Assembly (NCBI RefSeq): GCF_004010195.1
Contig: NC_057750.1
Coordinates: 17,518,499-17,582,498, forward strand
Origin: Chiloscyllium plagiosum
Taxonomy: Eukaryota
Length of the DNA stretch: 64,000 nt
Reading direction: 5' to 3'
Below the pieces are notes generated by a model, which saw only the letters and a program-made list of their open reading frames with translations, was not told where the DNA came from and did not search any database. The position numbers were made by a program, and so were the translations under genes. Below, one piece after another: positions 36,411-49,499 of this stretch. Every line of letters starts with the position of its first letter. Positions within the stretch are counted from its first letter, which is position 1.

Positions 36411-39400
36411 CCCAATGTCCAGGATTATGGGGTAAAAATCAGCCCAATGTCCAGGACTATGGGGTAAAATTCAGCCCATTGTCCAGGATTATGGGATAAA
36501 ATTCCGTCCAATGCCCAGGATTATGAGGTAAGATTCAGCCCAATATTCAGGATTATGGGGTAAAATTCAGCCTATTGTCCAGGATCATGGGGTAAAATTC
36601 CATCCAATGTCCAGGATTATGGGATAAAATTCAGCCCAATGTTCAGGATTATGGGGTAAAATTGCAACCAATGTCCAGGATTATGGGGTAAAATTCAGGT
36701 CAATGTCCAGGATTATGAGGTAAAATTCAGCCCAATATCCAGGATTATGGGGTAAAATTCACCCAGTGTCCAGGATGATGGGGTACAATTGCGCCCAATG
36801 TCCAGGATTATGGGGTAAAATTCAGCCCAATGTCCAAGATTATGGGGTAAAATTCCTTCCAATCTCCAGGATTATGGGGTAAAATTCAGCCCAATATCCA
36901 GGATTGTGGGGTAAAAGTCGATCCAATTGTCCAGGATTATGGGGTAAAATTCAGCCCAATGTCCAGGATTATGGGGTAAAATTAAGGCCAGTGTCCAGGA
37001 TTATGGGGTAAAATTAAGGCCAATGTCCAGGATTATGGAGCAAAATTCAGCCCAGTGTCCAGGATCATGGGGTAAAATTGCATCCAATGTCCAGGATTAT
37101 GTGGTAAAATTCAGTCCAATGTCCAAGATTATGGGGTAAAATTCCTTCCAATCTCCAGGATTTTGAGGTAAAATTCAGCCCAATATCCAGGATTGTGGGG
37201 TAAAAGTCGGTCCAATTGTCCAGGATTATGGGGTAAAATTCAGCCCCATGTCGAGGATTATGGGGTAAAATTCCGCCCAATGTCCAGGATTATGGGGAAA
37301 AAGTCTGCCCACTGTTCAGGATTATGGAGCAAAATTCAGCCCAGTGTCCAGGATCATGGGGTAAAATTGCATCCAATGTCCAGGATTATGGGGTAAAATT
37401 CAGGTCAATGTCCAGGATTATGAGGTAAAATTCAGCCCAATGTCCAGGATTATGGGGTAAAATTCCGTTCAATGTCCAGGATTATGGAGCAAAATTCAGT
37501 CCAGTGTCCAGGATTATGGGGTAAAATTCAGCCCAATGTTCAGGATTATGGAGCAAAATTAAGGCCAGTGTCCAGGATTATGGGGTAAAATTCAGACCAG
37601 TGTCGAGGATTATGGGGTAAAATTCAGCCCATTGTCCAGGATCATGGGGTAAAATTCCGTTCAATGTCCAGGATTATGGAGCAAAATTCAGCCCAGTGTC
37701 CAGGATTATGGGGTAAAATTCAGTCAAATGTTCAAGATTATGGGGTAAAATTCCTTCCAATCTCCAGGATTATGGGGTAAAATTCAGCCCAATATCCAGG
37801 ATTGTGGGGTAAAGGTCCGTCCAATTGTCCAGGATTATGGGGTAAAATTCAGCCCAATGTCCAGGATTATGGGGCAAAATTCAGCCCAGTGTCCAAGATT
37901 ATGGGGTAAAATTCCTTCCAATCTCCAGGATAATGGGGTAAAATTCAGCCCAATATCCAGGATTGTGGGGTAAAAGTTGATCCAATTGTCCAGGATGATG
38001 GGGTAAAATTCAGCCCAATGTCCAGGATTATGGGGTAAAATTAAGGCCAGTGTCCAGGATTATGGGGTAAAATTAAGGCCAATGTTCAGGATTATGGAGC
38101 AAAATTCAACCCAGTGTCCAGGATTATGGGGTAAAATTCAGCCCAGTGTCGGTATCATGGGGTAAAATTGCATCCAATGTCCAGGATTATGGGGTAAAAT
38201 TCAGTCCAATGTCCAAGATTATGGGGTATAATTCCTTCCAATCTCCAGGATTTTGAGGTAAAATTCAGCCCAATATCCAGGATTGTGGGGTAAAAGTCGG
38301 TCCAATTGTCCAGGATTATGGGGTAAAATTCAGCCCAGTGTCCAGGATCATGGGGTAAAATTGCATCCAATGTCCAGGATTATGGGGTAAAATTCCTTCC
38401 AATCTCCAGGATTTTGAGGTAAAATTCAGCCCAATATCCAGGATTGTGGGGTAAAAGTCAGTCCAATTGTCCAGGATTATGGAGTAAAATTCAGCCCCAT
38501 GTCCAGGATTATGGGGTAAAATTCCGCCCAATGTCCAGGATTATGGGGAAAAAGTCTGCCCACTGTTCAGGATTATGGAGCAAAATTCAGACCAGTGTCC
38601 AGGATCATGGGGTAAAAATCAGCCCAATGTCCAGGATTATGGGGTAAAATTCTGCCCAATGTTCGGGATTATGGAGCAAAATTCAGACCAGTGTCCAGGA
38701 TCATGGGGTAAAATTCAGCCCCGTGTCCAGGATCATGGGGTAAAATTCCATCCAATGTCCAGGATTATGGGGTAAACTTCAGCCCCGTGTCCAGGAATAT
38801 GGGGTTAAATTCCGTCCAATGTCCAGGATTATGGGGTAAAATTCAGCCCAATGTTCAGGTTTCTGGGGTAAAATTCAGCCCAATGTCCAGGATTATGGAG
38901 CAAAATTCAGCCCAGTGTCCAGGATTATGTGGTTAAATTCAGCCCAATGTCCAGGATTATGGGGTAAAATGCAGCCCCATGTTCAGGACTACGGGGTGAA
39001 ATTCAGCCCAGTGTCCAGGATTATGGGGTAAAATTCAGCCCAATGATCAGGATTATGGAGCAAAATTAAGGCCAGTGTCCAGGATTATGGGGTAAAATTC
39101 AGCCCATTGTCCAGGATCATGGGGTAAAATTCCGTTCAATGTCCAGGATTATGGAGCAAAATTCAGCCCAGTGTCCAGGATTATGGAGTAAAATTCAGCC
39201 CCATGTTCAGGACTATGGGGTGAAATTCAGCCCAGTGTCCAGGATTATGGGGTAAAATTCAGCCCAGTGTCCAGGATTATGGGGTAAAATTCAGCACAGT
39301 GTCCAGGATTATGGGGAAAAATTTAGCCCAATGTTCAGGATTATGGAGTAAAATTTAGCCCAATGTCCAGGATTATGGGGTAAAATTGCAACCAATGCCC

Positions 39401-41590
39401 AGGATTATGGAGTAAAATTCAGCCCAATGTCCAAGATTATGGGGTAAAATTCAGCCCAATGTTCAGGATTATGGGGTAAAATTCAGCCCATTGTCCAGGA
39501 TTATGGGGTAAAGTTCAGCCCAATGTCTAGGATTGTGGGGTAAAGGTCCGTCCAATTGTCCAGGATTATGGGGTAAAATTCAGCCCAATGTCCAGGATTA
39601 TGGGGAAAAATTTAGCCCAATGTTCAGGATTATGGAGTAAAATTTAGCCCAATGTCCAGGATGATCATGGGGAAAATTCCATCCACTGTCCAGGATTATG
39701 GGGTAAAATTCAGCCCAGTGTCCAGCATCATGGGGTAAAAATCAGCCCATTGTCCAGGATCATGGGGTAAAATTCCGTTCAATGTCCAGGATTATGGAGC
39801 AAAATTCAGCCCAGTGTCCAGGATTATGGGGTAAAATTCAGTCAAATGTCCAAGATTTTGGGGTAAAATTCCTTCCAATCTCCAGGATTATGGGGTAAAA
39901 TTCAGCCCAATATCCAGGATTGTGGGGTAAAGGTCCGTCCAATTGTCCAGGATTATAGGGTAAAATTCAGCCCAATGTCCAGGATTATGGGGTAAAATTC
40001 AGCCCAATGTCCAGGATTATGGGGCAAAATTCAGCCCAGTGTCCAGGATCATGGGGTAAAATTCAGCCCCGTGTCCAGGATCATGGGGTAAAATTCCATC
40101 CACTGTCCAGGATTATGGGGTAAAATTCAGCCCAGTGTCCAGCATCATGGGGTAAAAATCAGCCCAATGTCCAGGATTATGGGGTAAATTTCTGCCCAAT
40201 GTTCAGAATTATGGAGCAAAATTCAGCCCAGTGTCCACAATCATGGGGTAAAATTCAGCCCGGTGTCCAGGATCATGGGGTAAAATTCCATCCAATGTCC
40301 AGGATTATGGGGTAAAATTCAGCCAAATGTCCAGGATTATGGGGTAAAATTCAGCCCAATGTTCAGGATTATGGGGTAAAATTCAGCCAAATGTCCAGGA
40401 TTATGGGGTAAACTTCAGCCCAATGTTCAGGATTATGGGGTGAAATTCAGCCCAGTGTCCAGGATTATGGGGTAAAATTCAGCCCAGTGTCCAGGATTAT
40501 GGGGAAAAAGTTTGCCCAATGTTCAGGATTATGGAGTAAAATTTAGCCCAATGTCCAGGATTATGGGGTAAAATTGCAACCAATGCCCAGGATTATGGAG
40601 TAAAATTCAGCCCAATGTCCAAGATTATGGGGTAAAATTCAGCTCAATGTCCAGGATTATGGGGTAAACTTCAGCCCAATATTCAGGTTTATGGGGAACA
40701 ATTCAGCTCAATGTCCAGGATTATGGGGAAAAATTCAGCCCAGTGTCCAGGATTATGGGGTAAAATTCAGCTCAATGTCCAGGATTATGTGGTAAACTTC
40801 AGCCCAATATTCTGGATTATGGGGAACAATTCAGCTCAATGTCCAGGATTATGGGGTAAAATTCAGCCCAGTGTCCAGGATTATGGAGTAAAATTCAGGC
40901 CAGTGTCCAGGATTATTGGGTAAACTTCAGCCCAATATTCAGGATTATGGGGAAAAATTCAGCTCAATGTCCAGGATTATGGGGTAAAGTTCAGCCCAAT
41001 GTCCAGGATTAAGAGGTAAAAGTCAGGCCAATGTCCAGCATTATGGGGTAAAATTCATCTTAGTGTCCAGGATTATGGAGTAAAATTCAGCCCAGTGTCC
41101 AGGATTATGGGGTAAAATTCAGCTCAATGTCCAGGATTATGGGGTAAAATTCAGGCCAGTGTCCAGGATTATGGGGTAAAATTCAGGCCAGTGTCCAGGA
41201 TTATGGGTTAAAATTCTGCCCAATGTTCAGGATTATGGGGTAAAATTCCGTCCAATGTCCAGGATTATGGAGTAAAATTCAGCCCAATATCCAGGATTAT
41301 GGGGTAAAATTTAGCCCAATGTCCAGGATTATGGGGTAAAATTCAGCCCAATGTCCAGGATTATGAGGTAAAATTCTGCCCAGTGTCCAGGATTATGGGG
41401 TAAAAGTCAGCCCAATGTCCAGGATTATGGGGTAAAATTCTGCCCAGTGTCCAGGATTATGGTGTAAACCTCAGCCCAGTGTCCAGGATCATGGGGTAAA
41501 ATTCAGCCCAGTGTCCAGGATTATGGGGTAAACTTCAGCCCAATATTCAGGATTATGGGGTAAAATTCAGCCGAATGTCTAGGATTATGG
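36411..41590. repeat. 32-bp minisatellite/satellite array (CCAATGTCCAGGATTATGGGGTAAAATTCAGC)n, about 160 units
   Basis: Direct reading; contiguous head-to-tail units with point variants and occasional 33-bp variants. Confidence 0.98.
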
Positions 41591-41916
41591 CATAAAGTAT
41601 GGGATTGGTAATACATCAAAGTTCTTCAGAGAGTTAATGCAGACACAATAGGCTGGATGGTCTCCCTCTGTACCATAACAATCCTGTGAACTACTGTGTC
41701 ATTCAGGTTCTGCTGAACAATTTCAGTGGCAGAGACCTTTACAGGGCCATTATTGCTGCCCCAGAAGCTGTTCAGCTCACACCCTGGAGAATACCTGCCC
41801 CATTGTGACGATAGCTACTGAAAACTAGTCTCTCTGCTCCTTGTAAAGATGCTGTGTTGTGTTCTGTGTCCAGGGAACGACATCACGTGTGAGCTTAGAC
41901 ACCTTCACTAAGCAGT

Positions 41917-42535
41917 GATGGCATTTAATTTGAGACGAGTTGAATACAAAAACAGGGATGTGCTTCTGAGTCTGGATAAGGCTCTGGTCAGACCACATTT
42001 GGAATATTGCACACGGTTTTGGGATCCATATCTCAGGAAGGATGAATTGGCCTTGGAGCGTGTTCAAAGGAGGTTCACTAGAAGGGATGAAAAGCTTAAC
42101 ATATGAGGAACGTTTGAGGTCTCTGGGTCTGTACTCGATAGGGTTTAGAAGGATGAGAGAGGATCTTATTGGAAGTTACAGAATACTGAATGGCCTGGTC
42201 AGAGTGGATTTTGGGAAGATGTTTCCATTGGTAGGAGAGACTAGGACTCAAGGGCACAGTCTTAGAGTAAAAGGAAGACCTTTTAGAACAGAGATAAGGA
42301 GAAATGTCTACAGTCAGAGAGTGGTGAGTCTATGGAATTCACTGCCACAGGAGGCTGTGGAGGCCAGGTCATTGAGTATGTTTAAGACTGAGATTAAAAA
42401 AAAGTTCTTGAGTGAATCAGGGATCAAGGATTACAGGCAGAAGGCAGGAGAATGGGTTTGAGAAACCCGTCAGCCATGATTCAATGGTGGAGCAGACTCG
42501 ATGGGCTGAATGGCCTAATCTCTGCTCCTACGTCT
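41917..42535 (+). mobile_element. CR1 LINE 3' fragment (RT C-terminus pseudogene)
   Basis: EYKNRDVLLSLDKALVRPHLEYC..WDPYLRKD..LERVQRRFTR; YEERLRSLGLYS; SQRVVSLWNSLPQEAVEA. Confidence 0.92.
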
Positions 42536-42725
42536 AAACCTGGCACAACTATTCTCCCTCTCTTTCCCAACAATCCCTCCGAGAAGGTCACTGGTTCCAA
42601 TCTTAAGCAGATCCAGGCATCTTGCTTTGGCTAGGCACTAGCATAGTCAGAACTCAATCATGTCCCCTCTCAGCCTTCTCTGTACTAAGGAAAACAATGC
42701 CAGCCTCTCCACTCCCTCTCCACGA

Positions 42726-42935
42726 TGTGGAGGTGCCGGTGTTGGACTGGGGTGGACAAAGTTAAAAATCACACAACACCAGGCTATAGTCCAACAGGTT
42801 TATTTGTCAGTACAAGTTTTCAGAGCACTACTCTTTTGTCAGGTAGTTAGCTGGTGAAGGAGCAGTGCTCTGAAAGCTAGTACTTCCAAATAAACCTGTT
42901 GGAATATAACCTGGTGTTGTGTGATTTTTTAACTT
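42726..42935. mobile_element. Fold-back Penelope-derived mini-element (family C), both hammerheads mutated
   Basis: AAGTTAAAAATCACACAACACCAGG..AACAGGTTTATTTG vs CAAATAAACCTGTTGG..CCTGGTGTTGTGTGATTTTTTAACTT; centre CTGGTGAAGGAGCAGTGCTCTGAAAGCTA. Confidence 0.82.
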
Positions 42936-44063
42936 AGTTGCTCTTCATAACTGAACAATATTCTGGTGAATCTCCTCGGTGCCCTTTCTTGTGCAATCAC
43001 ATTCTTCCAATGATCCAATTGATGTTCAGAAGGAATTATTAACATTGCTTCAACCTCCCACTTTCAGGCAGAGCCTCCCAGATCCCAACTACACACTGAA
43101 CGAAAGAACCTTTCTCAAGTCTGTGCTGGCTCACTTGGCAGGTTCCTTAAATCTCCCACCGCTGTTTTGCCAATCTTCATCGAATGGGAACTGTTTCCCT
43201 GATGTGCTCCATCAAAGTCCTTCATTAATGTCAAGGCCACAGTCATATCTTTCCCACGTGGTTTACTCCTTCTCGGAGTTTTCTCCTTAAGGTTGAGAAC
43301 TTGCTGTGTTTTTGTTGGGGTTGAGGGTGGGATGGAGGTGGGGGGGGGCGGGAGCTTTGAGAGACCGTGTGCTGTAAGTCAACCCACAATGCTGATAGGG
43401 AGGGTGTTCCAGGATGATGACCTGGTAAATGATGGTGTACTTCTAAGTCAGAATGGGGTGTAGTTTGGAGGGGGAGCAGGAAGATGGTGTTTTTTTTTAT
43501 CCCTTGTATCTGCTACCCTTGTCCCTCATGATGGTAGTGGTCATGGGTTTAGACCCTCACTTGCTCCAGGATGTAACTCTAAATCCCTTCAGGTGGAGCA
43601 CTGTAGCAAACATTGAATAAAAGAGACTGGGAGGAAGTGCTGAACACTTCAAAAATAAGCTGGGTTCAGTCGCAGTTCTCACTGGGAAATGGGAAAGATC
43701 ATTCACATTCTTGACTCTATTCCACTATTCATTTAGATTATGGCTGATTTGTATCTTAACTCCATTAATTCACAGTGGTTCCTATCCGTTAATACCCTGC
43801 TTCTTGGGGGGTAGGGGATGACTGAGAGAGTGAGAGAGAGAGAGGGGCAGATTTCCACTCCCCTTTCTGTGAGATAATGCTTCCTGACATCACCTCTGAG
43901 CGGCCTGGATCTAAGGTTTCTCTTCTAACTCCTGTCTCCAGCAAAAATAGGTCATTCTTGATTCTCGATCTGTCAGAGAATCAATGGTTACGGGGGAAAG
44001 GACAGGAAAAGTGGATGTAAGGACGATGGGATCAGCCATGATCCTTTTGAATGGTGGAACAGG

Positions 44064-44457
44064 CCTAGGAACCCTCCAACCACAAGGGATGAATGCAGAT
44101 TTCTCCAGCTTTCTCATTTCCCCTCCCCCCACCTTTTCTCAGTCCCAACCTTCAGACTCAGCTCCGCCTTCTTGACCTGCAATCTTCTTCCCGACCTCTC
44201 CGCCCCCACCCCCTCTCCGGCCTATCACCCTCACCTTAACCTCCTTCCACCTATCGTATTCCCAACGCCCCTCCCCAAGTCCCTCCTCTCTACCTTTTAT
44301 CTTAACCCGCTTGGCACACCCTCCTCATTCGTGAAGAAGGGCTTATGCCCGAAACGTCGATTCTCCTGCTCCTTGGATGCTGCCTGACCTGCTGCGCTTT
44401 TCCAGCAACACATTTTTCAGCTCTGATCTCCAGCATCTGCAGTCCTCACTTTCTCCT
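44064..44457 (+). mobile_element. Penelope 3' fragment (family A) in a CR1 tail
   Basis: LGTLQPQGMNADFSSFLIS; highly similar to 23965-24337; hammerhead core mutated (GTGAAGA). Confidence 0.88.
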
Positions 44458-44822
44458 AGTTGAGGGGCTGAATGGCCTACTCCTGTTACTTTTGTAATGG
44501 TCTTTACCTTGACCCATTCTAACAACTCATGCAGTCATCCCCAAAGCCTCATTTAGATTACCTCACCCTTAATCTTTCATACATAAGGAACACAAGCTTT
44601 CACAATTCAACAGGAGAGCAACCCTTAAAATCTGCTTTGCTCAATCTCTAAACCAATATACTTAAAAGCCTCACAGGCCAGACTCTGAATGTGAAATTCT
44701 ACTCTAGTCTTTTCAATAATGTATTTCTCCAATTCCTTATTGAAAACCCAACACAAATCACCAGTGAAAAATTCTTTCTTTCTACCACCTGTGAGTGGTT
44801 GCTGTAATTCTAGGGAGCAATA

Positions 44823-45122
44823 GGGGTGGCACGGTGACTCAGTGGTTAGCACTGCTGCCTCACAGCACCAGGCATCTGGGTGCGATTCCAGCCTCAGGCG
44901 ACTGTCTGTGTGAAGTTGCATGTTTTCCCCGTGTCTGCATGGGTGTCCTCCCACAATCCAAAGATGTGCAGGTTAGGGTGAATTGGCCATGGTAAACTGC
45001 CCATAGTGTTAGGTGCATTAGTCAGAGGGAAATGGGTCTGGGTGGGTTGCTCTTTGGAGGGTCGCTGTGGACTTGTTGGGCCGAAGGGCCTGTTTCCATA
45101 CTGTAGGGAATCTAATCTAATC
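44823..45122 (+). mobile_element. HE1-like SINE, full length
   Basis: GGGGTGGCACGGTG head through (AATCT)n tail. Confidence 0.92.
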
Positions 45123-45287
45123 ATTGCTTTAGGGTCTTTCTCTCTCTCTCTCTCTCTATTGCTGTCACTTCAATAGAAACATCATTCATGTTGTACATTT
45201 TTGCTCAATGACATTGCAGGGCCCTTAAATAAAAGCCCACAGGAAACCCCAGCCCTGCTTCTGAGTATATTTAGGGTATATTTGTCG

Positions 45288-45780
45288 AGTCATAGAGATA
45301 TACAGCACTGAAACAGGCCTTTCAGTTCAAACTGCTGACCAGATATCCTAAATTAATCTGGTTCCATTTGCCAGCACTTGGCCCATATTCCTCCAAACCC
45401 TTCCTATTCATATACCCATCCAGATGCCTTTTAAATATTGTAATTGTACCAGCCTCCACCACTTCCTCTGGCAGCTCATTCCATACACGTACCACCCTCT
45501 GCGCGAAAATGTTGCCCCTTAGGTCCCTTTGAAATCTTTCCCCTCTCACCCTAAACCTATACCCTCTAGTTCTGGACTCCCCCACCCCAGGGAAAAGACT
45601 TTGTCTATTTACCCTATCCATGCCCATCATAATTTTGTAAACCTCTATAAGGTCACCCCTCAGCCCTCGACGCTCCAGGGAAAACAGCCCCAGCCTGTTC
45701 AACCTCTTCCCCCAACCCTGGCAGCATCCTTGTCAATTTTTTCCTGAACCCTTTCGAGTTTCACAACATCCTGTTGATAT
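45288..45780 (-). mobile_element. CR1/HER1 3' end
   Basis: ORF 45322-45702: LNRLGLFSLERRGLRGDLIEVYKIM..RVVRVWNELPEEVVEAG..FKRHLDGYM. Confidence 0.93.
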
Positions 45781-45837
45781 GCCCGGGCATGCAAGGCTAC
45801 AGGGCCAAGTGCCGGAGAATGGGATTAAAATAAAGAA

Positions 45838-46745
45838 AAAAAACTGAAATTGCTGGAGAAACTCAGCAAATCTGGCAGCATTTGTGGAGAGTAAACAGAG
45901 TTAACATTTCGAGTCCAGTGACCCTTCCTCAGAACTTCGTCCTCACCTACCAGTCCACCAGCGTCTGCATCCAAAGGATCATTAGCCACCATTTCTGCCC
46001 CCTCCAGTAGGATGTTACCACCGGATAGATATTCCCCTCCTCTCCCTTGTCAGCCTTCCGCAGGGACCATTCTCTCCGGGAACACCCTTGTTCACTCCTC
46101 CTCCATACTCAATAGCTCCCCACATCCCTATGGCACCTTCCCGCACAATCACAGAAGGTACAACCCTTGCCCATTGACGTCCTCCCTCCTCACTAACCAA
46201 GGCTGCAAAGACAATTTTCAGGTGAAGCAGCGATTTACCTGCACTTCACTCAATCCAGTCGACTGCATCGCTGCTCATGATGTGGTCCCCTCTACACTGG
46301 GGAGATGTGAGGCTGAATGGGCGACTGATTTGAGGAATACCTACACTCTTGACAACAAAAATGACCCCAAGCTTACAGCTGCCTGTCACGTCAACACATC
46401 ACCATGTTCCCTTGCCTACGTTTCCATCTCGGGCCTGCCCCATGGTAAGGCTCAGCACAAGCTGGAAGAACAACATCGCAACTCCTCCTTTGGGGCCCTG
46501 CAGGACTCAATATTGAGTTCAATAATTTAAGGACCTGAGCACCACCTTCCCCGTGCCTTACCCAACCCCCACTCACCAGGCCCTGTCATTATTTGGGATG
46601 CTTTCAGCACAGCCACTGATAGTCCCCATTTGCATCTTTCTCCTTCCCTGGCTTACCATTACCCAGCCCTTTGTGTGCCGATTTTTGTCTCTGCCATGGT
46701 CTCCTTTACACCCCCAACCTCTGTCTTCAGCACTTTTCCTAGATA
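45838..46745 (+). mobile_element. Penelope-like element: inverted 5' pseudo-LTR piece followed by GIY-YIG pseudogene and 3' UTR
   Basis: 45838-45936 is a reverse-oriented pseudo-LTR; then FQVKQRFTCTS..ACHVN..KLEEQH..GALQ; homologous to 810-1880. Confidence 0.85.
45899..45936 (-). ncRNA. Minimal hammerhead motif, family B, core intact
   Basis: Minus strand AGUU-CUGAGGA-A-GGGUC ACUG GACUC-GAAA-UG-UU-AACU (4-bp helix I, 5-bp helix II with one G-U). Confidence 0.68.
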
Positions 46746-47164
46746 TTTCTTTGTTTTATTTCAGAATAGATGGATGCTTGATGCCCAGCATGGCGGTAAA
46801 ACTCTACGACTCTGCATGAGAAGGAGCATTGTGCAGTGCTAAAAGATAAGAGGAGGAAAATGGGGAGAATTGATTTTTTTTCAAGGAGCTAGCAGAGGTC
46901 TGATGGGCTGAATGGCCTTACTTTGAGCAGTATCAATCCATAAACCCCAGGAAGTGACTTCACATTGTTACTATGGTGAAAGAGTCACTCGATTAAACTC
47001 TTGAATGGTCTGTGTAGAACTGACGTTTTGATGTTTAGTTTCATGTTGAGTGTGTCAAAGGAATGGAGGCAAAATACCTCAGAAACTGAATACTGCAGCG
47101 AGACTACCTTTCTGAATAGTCTTGGTGATTCATTAAAAAGGATAAATGCTTTTCCGAATTCTGG

Positions 47165-48215
47165 GTAATCCAAGATGGAGGACAGGAAAAAAGTTGTGGC
47201 TGTAAGACCTTTTTTGAGGTATTTTAGGTGCTGGAGGTGATTTCCTCAAATTCCAGGAGCAGCAATTACTATTTTATATGCTGTTGCATTGTTTTGGAAC
47301 TTTGGGAAAAAAGATCAAAACAATGGCACTTTAGACAGGAGGAAGGGAACAAAGGTAGAGACCACATGGTCAGTGAGAGAGAGAAAGAAACCTACTCTGC
47401 TGTCTGACACAGCAGTAAACATGCACAGCTACTGCCTTTGCTGTTTGAGTTTAAGTATCTCTGGACATTGGATTGCGTCTAGGAAAAATGAACAAACAGC
47501 GAAATTCATAGCTGACCTTGGAGGAACCTGTGTGGGAGAGCTCACAGCACAGGAATGATAAGTGCATAGTTTTAACGTGTAACCTTACTGTCTTTTCATT
47601 AACATTGAGTAGAGTGGGTTCTTTTTGGTTATACGTTTTATTGAGATCTGTCTCTTGATTAAAAGTTTAAAACATAAAACATAGGTACTAAGCTAGCCTG
47701 GAGCAGTGTTTTTTAGAGCAGTAAGACTGCTATTTTGTGTAAATTGTGAAGGAGCAAAGATGGCCTTTAGAGGGCCTTTAGACCAAAGATGTGCTCTTCC
47801 GGTCGGATGTGGGAGTTTATGGAGCGTTTCCATGTTTCTGATAACTGCGTCCGCAGGAAGTGTCTTTGGTTGCGAATCCTATCGGATCGCATGGATCTGT
47901 TGAAGTGGCAGTTAGAGGCAATGAGGAATTTACAGGAGCTAGGGGGTGTGATGGATGGCAGTTGTAGGAAGGGATAAAAGCCGCAGATACAGTCAGGTAG
48001 ATGGGTTAACTCCAGGATAGGTAGGAGACGGAGGCAGGTAGTATAGGAGTCTCCTCTGGCTATCCCCATCTCAAACAAGTATTCTGTTTTGGAAAATAAA
48101 GGTGGTAGTGGTCTCTCAGGGGAATTTAGCACCACCAGCCAAGTGTCTGGTACCAAGAATGGCTCTAATGTAATGAAGGGCATATCAGTTTCCAAGCGAT
48201 TGATTGTGTTAGAGG
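47165..48215 (+). mobile_element. CR1 LINE putative 5'UTR and ORF1 N-terminus (zinc finger/leucine zipper), 3'-truncated
   Basis: MCSSGRMWEF..NCVRRKCLWLRILSDRMDLLKWQL resembles CR1 ORF1 CxxC..CxxC plus zipper; later PLAIPISNKYSVL; region starts with CAAGATGG. Confidence 0.75.
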
Positions 48216-49425
48216 CTTGTTGTGTTGCCTCTACAACAAGCAAGTCACGGTCATCATTAGACTAGCATACAATTCCTGAACATTTCCTTATTGAATTCAA
48301 AATCTCACCATCTTCATGGTGGGATTCAAAAACATGTCCCTGGAACATTAACCTGGGAGTCTAGGTTACTCGTCCTGTAATATCATCTCTACACAACCTC
48401 GTTATGATGGGTGTACCAATTCTAAACTGCTCGTCCTTACTTCCATTTGCCATTTTAGTAGACTTGATGTGTTTTTACAACAATGCAATAGTTTCATGAT
48501 CAACATTAATGACTCTAGTTTTTCTTTTGATTAGTTAATTGAATTTAAGTTCCAGCTGCTTTGCGATTTGAACCTATGTCCTCCAGATTACTAACCAGCT
48601 GGGCCCATTGATTGCTAGGCATGTGACATTAAGATGATGTATCCGGCTATCCAGATCTTAAGCCCTGAAATCTCCCCCTTGAGCATCTCTGCTCTTCTTA
48701 ACTCCTTGACGACAGTTCTTAAAACCCCTTTGAAGAAGGTGCAGTTTACCTCCCTGATTGCTTATTCTGGGGCTTGCTGTCAAATATCATGTGCTCCCTT
48801 GAAGCACTTTGGGGTATTTGCTATATTTAGTAAAACCACTGAGATTTCTTCATCCAACACAGAAGTGAACTGAGCTCAGCCATTTCCCCCTGTTAACCCT
48901 GACCCCATGTTGACCCACTTCCCCATTTTAATCCAAACGTCTCTGTTTTTCCATTGTGCACTGGGCTATTTTTTTTAATAGTGGAGGCCATTTCCCCACG
49001 TCAGGGGTCATTTGCAGTTTGGGTACTGGATCCATTTTCACTGGTGGCGGGGTGCGGGGGGGGGATTGAAATTCTGACATGCTGCCCCAGGGACAATCTC
49101 TCTGCCTACCTCAGGCCATGTACTTCATGGACCTCTGATTACATTGTGAATTTCGTGGTCAGGTTTTAGTGATGATCTGCAAGTCAACGACACCAATAAC
49201 CATATGACACCCAGGCTGAGGCTCAGATTGGAAGCTATGTCCTCTATGTTCCAACTGCGTTTAAAGTCCCTGTGTCTGTGTGTAAGGAAACTCCGAGTAA
49301 GGGAGGAAAGAACATCCCCAAAGCTGTCCTTATCCTGATGTGTGACTGCATCAAGCTGTGCATAGAACCTCAGTATATAAACACCAGTGTCACTATCTAC
49401 TGAGGGTCTACCTGTCCCCAGTGTC

Positions 49426-49499
49426 AAGATTAGAGTGGTGCTGGAAAAGCACAGCCGGTCAGGCAGCATCCGCGGAGCAGGAAAAATCGACGCTTCGGG
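49426..49499 (-). mobile_element. Short Penelope-derived insertion (family A)
   Basis: GATTAGAGTGGTGCTGGAAAAGCAC..AATCGACGCTTCGGG; TSD CCAGTGTC (49418-25, 49500-07). Confidence 0.8.

Noticed and set aside
36411..41590. CRISPR-like array (constant part plus variable part, 32-bp period)
   Set aside because: The variable segments are about 10 bp, mutually homologous and reused; no unique spacers, leader or cas genes; eukaryotic context
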